DNA from: Candidatus Pacearchaeota archaeon
GTDB lineage: Archaea; Nanobdellota; Nanobdellia; Pacearchaeales; GW2011-AR1
DNA length: 53,268 bases
Assembly (NCBI GenBank): GCA_017608305.1
Contig: JAFCGC010000002.1
Span: 1 to 53,268 of the forward strand
Reading direction: 5' to 3'
Shown here: one piece after another, positions 1 through 7,744 of the stretch
Layout of the letters: each line of letters starts with the position of its first letter
Position numbering within the stretch: the stretch's first letter is position 1
Notes under the pieces: model-generated
What the model was told of the DNA's origin: nothing
Databases searched by the model: none
Seen by the model: the letters and a program-made list of their open reading frames with translations, nothing else
Program-made: the position numbers and the translations under genes

Positions 1-721
1 CCTTGGAAAACTTTTGTCCTAAAAAGTGTGTTGAAGGTTGTTGTAGTAATTTTGAGTCAGGCATTAATACATCTGAAGCGATTGAATAAACTGATCCTGG
101 AAAATGATCCCAATTTGGTCTTTTCATTACCAGAGAAGGAATTCCAAATTTCTGATGCATGACTTTTTCTGTTATTTGAATGTCTTCTTTAACTTGTTGT
201 TGTGCTTGTTTTTCTGTTGCAAAACAATCATGTCCTTCTATCCACATAAATTCTCTTGCTCGAATTAAGGGTCTTGTTGCTTTTGTTTCATATCTGAAAA
301 TATTTGCCCTTTGATACATTTTTAATGGAAGATCTCTCCATGATCTTATCCATATAGAATACATCTCATACATCGATGTTTCAGAGGTAGGTCTTAGTGC
401 TAATTTGTCTTCTCCTTTTATTTTTTCAAGCCAAAAAACATCTGGTGAAAATCCTTTAACATGAGAAGATTCTTTTTTGAAATTTTTTTCAGGAATTAAT
501 GTAGGAAAAAAACTTGGTTTGTGTCCTGTTTTTTGCATTTCTTCTTCATAGAGTTTATACATGTTTTCAATAGTCATTGCTCCCCACGGCCTTATTACTA
601 TGAATCCCTTAACTTTATTTCTTATGTCTGTGACTTCTGCTTTTTCAATAACTTGAGTATACCACTCACTAAAATTTGTTTCTTTTTTTGCGGTTATTCC
701 TTGAGTAGTTATTTTTTTCAT
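1..721 (-). CDS. proS: Prolyl-tRNA synthetase, archaeal/eukaryotic type (N-terminal part; runs off window edge)
   Basis: Manual translation from ATG at 721: MKKITTQGITAKKETNFSEWYTQVIEKAE...VKGFIVIRPWG, ALRPTSET, FRYETKATRPLIRAREFMWMEGH. The ATG overlaps the TGA of the upstream protease gene. Confidence 0.95.
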   Translation of the reverse strand, partial: MKKITTQGITAKKETNFSEWYTQVIEKAEVTDIRNKVKGFIVIRPWGAMTIENMYKLYEEEMQKTGHKPSFFPTLIPEKNFKKESSHVKGFSPDVFWLEKIKGEDKLALRPTSETSMYEMYSIWIRSWRDLPLKMYQRANIFRYETKATRPLIRAREFMWIEGHDCFATEKQAQQQVKEDIQITEKVMHQKFGIPSLVMKRPNWDHFPGSVYSIASDVLMPDSKLLQQPSTHFLGQKFSK

Positions 722-1578
722 ATTAATTCTTTTTCTAAAACATCTAAAGCAATTTCATTTACAGCATCTTTTAGATAATTGCTTTCGAGTGCAAATCCTA
801 GGCTTTCTCCTCCGCTTATTTTAAAATTGTTTATTCCAATGACTTTTCCTTGTTTGTCTATTAGTGGGCCACCTGAATTTCCTGGATTAAGAGCAGCATC
901 TGTTTGAATATATGCTTCTAATTGGCTAGGTCCGATTCTATGAACTCCTGAAACAATTCCTTCTGATACACTAAATTGTAATCCTAAGGGATTTCCTATT
1001 GCAATTACTTTTTCACCTATTTCTATATTATCTGAGTCTCCTAGGCTAAGTTCCTCAAAGATTCCTGGAATTTTTAATACTGCAATATCTAATCTCCCTT
1101 CATATCCTATAAATTCTGCTTCTAGAATTTCTTGCTCATAAGTTATTGCTTGAACTTTTTTTGCATCTACTAAAACATGGGCGTTTGTTAAAATATATCC
1201 ATCTTGGGTTATTAGAAATCCTGTTCCTTGGCCTACGTCTGTTCTTATTGTGACAACCCCTTTTACGGCATTTTCAATTATCCCAGAAAAATCCTCGCTT
1301 GCAGAGGCTTTTAATAAATCCATTTCCTGGCCAATTGACCCTACTTTTAAATTTAAAGTAGTGATTGTGCTTTCTAGGTTTGATTTAGTGTCTATTAAGT
1401 TGTCTGTTAGGGTATTTATGTTGCTTTCTGTATTTGTGACTCTTTGATCTAAAGAACCATATTGAACATTTTGTTTTATAAATAAAGTGTACATGAATAT
1501 TCCGCTGACTATCATAAAAACAAATACAATTGACCCTGCACTTCCAATTATGATCTTATGGTGTTTTTTAAGTGGCAT
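718..1578 (-). CDS. HtrA/DegP-like trypsin-family serine protease with N-terminal TM and coiled coil, no PDZ domain
   Basis: GTGF, LTNAHV, DIAVL and IQTDAALNPGNSGGPL catalytic motifs. Confidence 0.9.
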   Translation of the reverse strand: MPLKKHHKIIIGSAGSIVFVFMIVSGIFMYTLFIKQNVQYGSLDQRVTNTESNINTLTDNLIDTKSNLESTITTLNLKVGSIGQEMDLLKASASEDFSGIIENAVKGVVTIRTDVGQGTGFLITQDGYILTNAHVLVDAKKVQAITYEQEILEAEFIGYEGRLDIAVLKIPGIFEELSLGDSDNIEIGEKVIAIGNPLGLQFSVSEGIVSGVHRIGPSQLEAYIQTDAALNPGNSGGPLIDKQGKVIGINNFKISGGESLGFALESNYLKDAVNEIALDVLEKELI

Positions 1579-1645
1579 TGAAAACCTCCTGCGGGTTTTC
1601 GATCCAGCATCCTGGAGTTTCTTTTGATACCTCCTAGGGAAACTC
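1579..1645 (-). promoter_or_regulatory. Structured 5' leader element, copy 1 (candidate cis-regulatory RNA)
   Basis: mRNA sense: GAGUUUC...GGAGGUAUCA...GAAACUC, GGAUGCUGGAU, GAAAACC-CGCAGGA-GGUUUUC, AAUG. The 19-nt core is identical to 33976-33994. Confidence 0.65.
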
Positions 1646-1694
1646 GATGAAATCCTTTTTGGTTATTAATAATAAAATATTAACATATAAAAAC

Positions 1695-1826
1695 CTAATC
1701 TTTTATTTTCTTAAGATATCCTCTAACCCTTTCACTTCCTATTTTTTTTAATTTTTGTTTTAATTTTTTGTCTATTCTGATAAGATAAATTTCAGGATAA
1801 TTCATCTTTTTTTCTTTTCCAGTCAT
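1695..1826 (-). CDS. 43-aa basic mini-protein, possibly ribbon-helix-helix-like
   Basis: MTGKEKKMNYPEIYLIRIDKKLKQKLKKIGSERVRGYLKKIKD; TTTATAAA box about 22 nt upstream; not in ORF track. Confidence 0.5.
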   Translation of the reverse strand: MTGKEKKMNYPEIYLIRIDKKLKQKLKKIGSERVRGYLKKIKD

Positions 1827-1920
1827 TGTATGATTTAGTTTGCAGAGTTTATAAATATTTTTGTATTACAAATATATACTCTATTACAATAAAGTTTATA
1901 TACTTATATGTATTACAAAT

Positions 1921-2670
1921 ATGATGGTAGATATGACTCCGGAATTAGCTGAAATTTGTGGAATTCATGCTGGAGATGGTTATCTTAGACATAGGATCAC
2001 TAAGATAGAATTGGAGATTGGTGGAAGTAAAGAAGAAAAAGAATATTATGATGGCCATGTAATCCCTCTTATAAATAATTTTTTTAAACTTAATATCACT
2101 GGAAAATTTTATGTTAAAGGGACTTATGGATTTGTAACCACTAACCCTAATTTTAGAATTCTTAATGATCTAGGTTTCCCTTATGGTAAAAAATCTCTTG
2201 TTGTTCAAGCTCCTAGGGTAATTTTGGAGAGTAATAATAAATTGCTATATGTAAGATTTTTAAGGGGATTATTTGATACTGATGGATGCATTCATTTTAA
2301 AAATAGAAAAACAGGGAAAAATTATGGTGATTTTAAAAGAAAATATAATTATTACCCTATTATTTAGATTACAACGATTTCAAAAAGTTTAGTAAAATCT
2401 GTCCTTTTTATGTTAAATAAGTTAAACATAAAATACTCTCTTTATGGATATCAACCTAAAGATGTTAGGGATCGTTATAAATATGTTATTTATATTAGTG
2501 GAACAGAGATGCTTGAAAGATGGATGGATTTAATTGGTACTAAGAACCCTGTTAAATTAACTAGATATTTAGTATGGAAAAAGTTTGGTTTTTGTCCACC
2601 CCATACCACCCTCCAACAAAGGAAAGATATTTTAAATGATAAATTGGATATTTATAGTATAGGCTCGTGA
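1921..2670 (+). pseudogene. Free-standing double-motif LAGLIDADG homing endonuclease interrupted by in-frame TAG (2365-2367)
   Basis: Motifs LAEICGIHAGDG and FLRGLFDTDG. ORFs 1861-2367 and 2410-2670 share a frame (YYPII*ITTISKSLV). Confidence 0.85.
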
Positions 2671-2732
2671 TGTAATGGACAACATAAACGGTTTCGGCCC
2701 GTTTTACGAGGGTTCGAATCCCTCCGAGCCTA
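2661..2732 (+). tRNA. tRNA-Arg(TCG)
   Basis: AGGCTCG/CGAGCCT acceptor stem, ATGT/ACAT D-stem with A20, AACGG-TTTCGGC-CCGTT anticodon arm, GAGGG-TTCGAAT-CCCTC T-arm; no encoded CCA. Confidence 0.9.
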
Positions 2733-2817
2733 TGTTTCAAAACATAGGCCAAAACGTGCTACTTTCGATGCGAGTCGCAGGAGAAAGATTTAAGTAGAGT
2801 TATTTTTCTTTTTGAAT

Positions 2818-3405
2818 ATGATAGAGAGAATAAACTTGAAAAGAGAAGTTCAGCCTTTTGTGTTTGCTAAGCTTCCTTTTAGGTTTCCTGATGTTGTAGT
2901 TTCTCAGGGTTATTTTGGGCCTTATAGTCATTTTGCTACTAGACATATTAGAGAGAATGGAAATAGGGAAGGGGTAGTTATGGATGATAGTTATTGTATT
3001 GATTTTGTACTTCCTTTAGGAACTCCTGTGCTTGCTTCATATGAGGCAGATGTTGTTGGAGGTTTTTATGATTGTGATGATTTTTATGAGGGAAGTGATT
3101 TTGAGATAGGGAGGAAAGTTAATACGAACTTTCTTTTTTTAAGAAATAATGATATTCATGATTCTGTTTGCATCTACTCTCATTTAGAGAGAGGGAGTGT
3201 GCAAGTTTCTCCAGGAGAAAGGGTTTTTGCTGGACAAGTTTTAGCAAGAACTGGGAAGTCTGGTTGGATTGGAGGAATACCCCATCTTCATTTTGGAGTT
3301 TATGAGTTTCCTAGAGATCAGAGAGGAATTTCTAGACTGAGTTTTCCAGTAAAATTTGATGGTTGTGACATGAGTTTTTTTCATAAAGATTTAAAGGATA
3401 AATAA
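2818..3405 (+). CDS. M23-family metallopeptidase
   Basis: IDFVLPLGTPVLA, YSHL, V..G..V.AGQ..ARTGKSG and PHLHF motifs. Confidence 0.85.
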   Translation: MIERINLKREVQPFVFAKLPFRFPDVVVSQGYFGPYSHFATRHIRENGNREGVVMDDSYCIDFVLPLGTPVLASYEADVVGGFYDCDDFYEGSDFEIGRKVNTNFLFLRNNDIHDSVCIYSHLERGSVQVSPGERVFAGQVLARTGKSGWIGGIPHLHFGVYEFPRDQRGISRLSFPVKFDGCDMSFFHKDLKDK

Positions 3406-3435
3406 CTTTTTATACAACCTCTCTTTCTTTAATTT

Positions 3436-4701
3436 ATGAGAAAATCAAACACAGCTCCAGGAGATTATGTAGAAGTTCATCTTACTAGGAAGGTTTATGA
3501 AGGGATTTTATTAGAAGCACCTGAAGAAGAGAAGAGTATTGTTTTGTTGAAGTTGAATTCTGGATATAATATTGGGCTTAATAAAAAAGATATTTTAGAG
3601 ATTAAATTAATTGAAAAGAGTAAAGAAGAAAAATCAGATATTAAGATAAAAGGAGATTCTTCTAAACCAAATATTGCTATGATTATTACAGGGGGAACTA
3701 TTGCTTCACGTTTAGATTCTAAAAAAGGAGGGGTTACTCCCCTTGAGACTCCTGAAGATTTGTTTAGATTTTATCCAGGAGTTTTTGATAAAGTAAATGT
3801 GGTAAAGGTGGAAGTTCCTTTTATGAAATTTTCTGAAGATATGAATTCTAAAGACTGGCAAAAATTAGCTAGAGTTACTGGAAAATTGTTAAATGACCCT
3901 AATATTAAAGGAATTATAATTACTCATGGAACAGATTCTTTGCATTATACTTCTGCTGCTTTGAGTTTTTTTCTTAGAGATCTTAATAAGCCAGTTGTTT
4001 TGACTTATTCTCAGAGGAGCATTGATAGAGGAAGTAGTGATGCTAATTTAAACTTACAGTGTAGTGCGATTGTTGCTCTTTCAGATATTGCAGAGGTTAT
4101 GTTAGTAGGTCATGCTTCTGGTAATGATGATTTTTGTTATGCAATGCCTGGAACAAAAGTGAGAAAATTACATAGTTCTAGAAGAGATGCGTTTAAAGTT
4201 GTTAATTCAAAGCCTTTTGCAAAAATTTTTCCTGATAAGATTGAGATTTTGAGGGATTATAATAAAAGAACAAAGGGTAAAGTTAAACTTGATATTAAGT
4301 TTGAAGATAAAGTAGGCTTGATTAAATTTTATCCTGGACAAGATCCTGATATTTTAAATTATTATTTAAGAAAAAAGTATAAGGGTCTTGTAATTGAATT
4401 TTTAGGTTTAGGTCAGATTGCTTCTAAAGATTCTAAATTAGGCTGGTTAAAAAAGTTACAAGAACTCCAGAAAAAAGGAATAATTGTTTGTGCTGCTAGC
4501 CAAACAATTTATGGTAGATTAGATGGTTTGGTTTATAGTTCTGGTAGAGAGTTTTTGAAAACAGGAGTTATTTATTTAGGAGACATGTTGAGTGAAACTG
4601 CTCTAATTAAGCTTGGTTGGGTGTTAGGGCATAGGAATTGGAATGTAAAAGAAAAAATGCTCGAGAATTTTGTTGGGGAGTTTAATGATAAATTAAAATG
4701 A
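3436..4701 (+). CDS. gatD: Glu-tRNA(Gln) amidotransferase subunit D
   Basis: KLNSGYNIG, TGGTIASR, HGTD, SQRSIDRGSSDA, KLHSSRRDAF. Confidence 0.95.
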   Translation: MRKSNTAPGDYVEVHLTRKVYEGILLEAPEEEKSIVLLKLNSGYNIGLNKKDILEIKLIEKSKEEKSDIKIKGDSSKPNIAMIITGGTIASRLDSKKGGVTPLETPEDLFRFYPGVFDKVNVVKVEVPFMKFSEDMNSKDWQKLARVTGKLLNDPNIKGIIITHGTDSLHYTSAALSFFLRDLNKPVVLTYSQRSIDRGSSDANLNLQCSAIVALSDIAEVMLVGHASGNDDFCYAMPGTKVRKLHSSRRDAFKVVNSKPFAKIFPDKIEILRDYNKRTKGKVKLDIKFEDKVGLIKFYPGQDPDILNYYLRKKYKGLVIEFLGLGQIASKDSKLGWLKKLQELQKKGIIVCAASQTIYGRLDGLVYSSGREFLKTGVIYLGDMLSETALIKLGWVLGHRNWNVKEKMLENFVGEFNDKLK

Positions 4702-5084
4702 AGAAAAAATATTGGATAGTTGTGATTGTTGTTTTAATAATCTTATTTATAATGGTGTTTAGACCTGGTGGAGAAGATTCTTGGATTCAGGATGATAGAG
4801 GGGTTTGGATTAAACATGGAGTTCCTTCTTCAATTCCTGACTATGTTCAAGAACAACAAGCAGTTATTAATCAGGCTTTGGTTTTGTATGCTGGAAAAAA
4901 AGGAGGTATTGAGTTTAATAGTCAGTGTTTAGGGGTAGTAGGGGATTATGCAATTGATATTGTTCATGTACCTAGAACTGATGAAGATGATTTAGTTGAA
5001 AATCAATGTGGGGATTATAAAAGAGGAAAAGTTAATCATTTTATTGAATTAGATAAATATGGGAATATTGTAAGAATTGAATAA
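4698..5084 (+). CDS. Membrane-anchored hypothetical protein
   Basis: N-terminal hydrophobic helix, GGEDSWI...WIKHG segment; ATGA overlap with gatD. Confidence 0.7.
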   Translation: MKKKYWIVVIVVLIILFIMVFRPGGEDSWIQDDRGVWIKHGVPSSIPDYVQEQQAVINQALVLYAGKKGGIEFNSQCLGVVGDYAIDIVHVPRTDEDDLVENQCGDYKRGKVNHFIELDKYGNIVRIE

Positions 5085-5546
5085 TCATTTCTTATATCTT
5101 TTTCTTAATAATAGATTTCTTATTTCTCTAATTTCTCTTTCTGCTTTTTTATTTATTCTATAATCAAATTCAGCCTTTATTCTATCTCTTTGAGTTTGTC
5201 TGTTTTGACTCATTAAAATTATAGGGGCTTGAAGTGCGGCTAGACAAGATAAGGCTAGATTTAAGAGTATAAAGGGAAAAGGATCAAAAGCTTCTCCTTG
5301 TTTATATTGGATTAGATAATACCCATTAATAAACATCCATACTATTATGAAGAATAAGAATAATATGATAAAAAACCAACTTCCTGCCCATTTTGTTAAC
5401 CAATCTGATGCTCTTTGTCCAGCAGTTCTTGCTGTTTTTAGTTGAGCAATTGATTTTATGTAATTAATTTCTTGCTTTAATTTAGATTCTTTTGTTTTGT
5501 TTTTGGAAACCTTTTCTAAAGGTTTATCTTTCACCTTTTTTTTCAT
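5085..5546 (-). CDS. DUF1003-family membrane protein
   Basis: GSWFF, FDPFPFILLNLALSCLAALQAPIILMSQNRQ. Confidence 0.9.
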   Translation of the reverse strand: MKKKVKDKPLEKVSKNKTKESKLKQEINYIKSIAQLKTARTAGQRASDWLTKWAGSWFFIILFLFFIIVWMFINGYYLIQYKQGEAFDPFPFILLNLALSCLAALQAPIILMSQNRQTQRDRIKAEFDYRINKKAEREIREIRNLLLRKRYKK

Positions 5547-5662
5547 GTAATCTAAATGATTGATTAGATTATAAATCTTTTTTTCTGCTCTTTATTATTG
5601 GTAGTAACTTTATAGGAGTTACAAATAGTAAGGTTTTTAAGTGTGGATGAAGTAGTATTATT

Positions 5663-5938
5663 ATGATAAAAAAAGGCCACATTCCCCATGGTTTAGAATC
5701 TTTTCCTTATTTTGTTGGTGGAAATTCTGAGATAATTCATTATACTTGTAATGCTCCTTCAAAAGAAATTCTTGAAAAATATGGCATCAAATGTATTGGG
5801 AATGATTTTAATTGTATTGATCCTAAGGAAGTTTTAAGAATACCCTTAAGGGTTTATGAAGGAAAAGGCTTTTCTGAGCTTAAAGATCGGGAAGTTCTCA
5901 AGATTAATCTAGAAAATATGTTAAAACAATTAAAATGA
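5663..5938 (+). CDS. Hypothetical protein
   Basis: 91-aa ORF with TTTTTAA box upstream; ATGA-coupled to next ORF. Confidence 0.55.
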   Translation: MIKKGHIPHGLESFPYFVGGNSEIIHYTCNAPSKEILEKYGIKCIGNDFNCIDPKEVLRIPLRVYEGKGFSELKDREVLKINLENMLKQLK

Positions 5939-6189
5939 AAGAAATTCATTTAGTGTATAATCCTCTTCAAAAAAACTATATTTTTTATGAAGGCAAAAAA
6001 GATGGGATACAGAGAAATAGGAATGAGTGGCCAGAAGAAAATTTAATTGATGGATTAAAAAATACTCTTGATTTTGATAGAAAAACCATTCTTTATTTAA
6101 AAGCAATTCCTGGAAATATGGCTCGAGAAATTTGGAAATTATTAAAAGGAACAAAAATCAGTCTTGACAAGAAACTAGAGTCAAATTAA
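5935..6189 (+). CDS. Hypothetical protein
   Basis: 84-aa ORF filling the gap to gatE. Confidence 0.55.
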   Translation: MKEIHLVYNPLQKNYIFYEGKKDGIQRNRNEWPEENLIDGLKNTLDFDRKTILYLKAIPGNMAREIWKLLKGTKISLDKKLESN

Positions 6190-6215
6190 TAAACTCTTTT
6201 CTCTTTTATTTTTAT

Positions 6216-7658
6216 ATGGATCTTGATTATGGTAAATTAGGCTTTAAATCTGGATTAGAAATTCATCAGCAGTTAGATACTTCTAAATTATTTTGTAATT
6301 GCCCTAGTTTATTGAGGAATGATGAGCCTGATTTTGAGGTTAAGAGGAAATTGCATGTTGTTGCTGGAGAAAGTGGAGAGATTGATGTTGCTGCAAAGCA
6401 TGAGGTAGAACAAGATAAAGAATTTGTTTATCAAGGCTATGATAGTAATTGTTTAGTTGAATTAGATGAAGAGCCCCCACATGAAATCAATAAAGAGGCA
6501 CTTAAGATTGCAATCCATATTTCTTTGTTGTTAAATGCAAAAATGGTTCCTATTACCCAGATCATGAGAAAGACTGTTCTTGATGGTTCAAATACATCTG
6601 GTTTTCAGAGAACAGTGATGATTGCTTATGATGGTTATGTTGATAGTTCTAAAGGAAGAGTTGGAATTGATTCTATATATTTGGAAGAGGATTCAGCAAG
6701 ACGTGTTTCTTCAGATAAGGGGGGGGTTGTTTGGAGATTAGATAGATTAGGAATTCCTTTGGTTGAAATTGCAACTAGGCCAGATATTAAAGATGCAGAA
6801 CATGCAAAAGAAACTGCACTTAAAATCGGAGAGATTTTAAGGTCTTGTAGGGTTAAAAAAGGAATTGGAACAATAAGACAAGACATTAATATTTCTATTA
6901 GAGGTAGTAATAGAGTTGAGTTAAAAGGATTTCAAGATCCGCGTATGATGATTAAGACAGTTGAAAATGAAGTTAAAAGACAATTGGAATTTGTTGAGAA
7001 AAATAAAAAAAATAAACCAGAAGTTAGAAATGTTTTAAAAGACGGATCAAGCGAATTTTTAAGACCAATGCCTGGTTCTGCTAGAATGTATCCTGAAACA
7101 GATTTACCTTTATTGAAAATTTCTAGAGATCTTGTTAATGGATCTAGGAAAACAATTCCTAGATTAAGAAGCGATGTTGGAATTGAATTAAGGAAACAAG
7201 GACTTGGTGAAGAGTATGTTAAAATGTTGTTTAAACAAAATAAACTTGAATTGTTTAGGGAATTAATTGAGATTGTAAAAAATCCAAATTTAATTGCTAA
7301 AGTTATTTTGGTTTTTCCAAAAGACATTGCAAAAAGAAAAAATAAAAGTCTAGATAAGGTTGAAAAGATTTTAGAAGACAATTATAATAGTGTTTTAGAT
7401 TTAGTTAGGAAAAAGAAAATTAATGAATCTTCTATTAAAGATGTTTTAGAAGCTTTAGTTGATGGAGAAGCTCTTGAAGATGCAACCAAGTTCGAGAAAG
7501 TAGATTTAGGTGAAATTGAAGAAAAAATTCATAAGATGATTAAGGAAAAACCTGGATTAAGTGATAAGGCTTATATGGGTTTAATTATGAAAGAGTTTCG
7601 AGGAAAAGTGGATGGAAGAAGTGCGATGGAAATTATTAAAAAGTATATGAAGAAATAA
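6216..7658 (+). CDS. gatE: Glu-tRNA(Gln) amidotransferase subunit E (short form)
   Basis: GLEIHQQL, MRKTVLDGSNTSGFQRT, LDRLGIPLVEIAT, GTIRQD, RPMPGSARMYPETD. Confidence 0.95.
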   Translation: MDLDYGKLGFKSGLEIHQQLDTSKLFCNCPSLLRNDEPDFEVKRKLHVVAGESGEIDVAAKHEVEQDKEFVYQGYDSNCLVELDEEPPHEINKEALKIAIHISLLLNAKMVPITQIMRKTVLDGSNTSGFQRTVMIAYDGYVDSSKGRVGIDSIYLEEDSARRVSSDKGGVVWRLDRLGIPLVEIATRPDIKDAEHAKETALKIGEILRSCRVKKGIGTIRQDINISIRGSNRVELKGFQDPRMMIKTVENEVKRQLEFVEKNKKNKPEVRNVLKDGSSEFLRPMPGSARMYPETDLPLLKISRDLVNGSRKTIPRLRSDVGIELRKQGLGEEYVKMLFKQNKLELFRELIEIVKNPNLIAKVILVFPKDIAKRKNKSLDKVEKILEDNYNSVLDLVRKKKINESSIKDVLEALVDGEALEDATKFEKVDLGEIEEKIHKMIKEKPGLSDKAYMGLIMKEFRGKVDGRSAMEIIKKYMKK

Positions 7659-7729
7659 TTTCCCTGGGGTGTAAACCCCTACTCCATTTTCTGAAGAAAA
7701 TGTCGGATGGAAATTATTAAAAAGTATAT
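7625..7729. repeat. 24-bp direct repeat of the gatE 3' end enclosing a multi-hairpin insert
   Basis: gatggaaattattaaaaagtatat at 7625-7648 and 7706-7729; inverted aataatttcc at 7654-7663; hairpins ggggt/acccc and cattttct/agaaaatg. Confidence 0.85.
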
Positions 7730-7744
7730 TTAACTTTAAGAAAA

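Noticed and set aside
1580-1600. HDV-like ribozyme suggested by cctcctgcgg on the plus strand
   Set aside because: I could not build the nested P1/P2/P1.1 pairings; the motif sits in a simple 6-7 bp hairpin.
2661-2732. CGA reassignment to Gln, or reading the tRNA as Glu(TTC)
   Set aside because: CGA occupies conserved Arg sites in FtsZ, AspRS and GatE; the anticodon stem centres TCG in a 7-nt loop.
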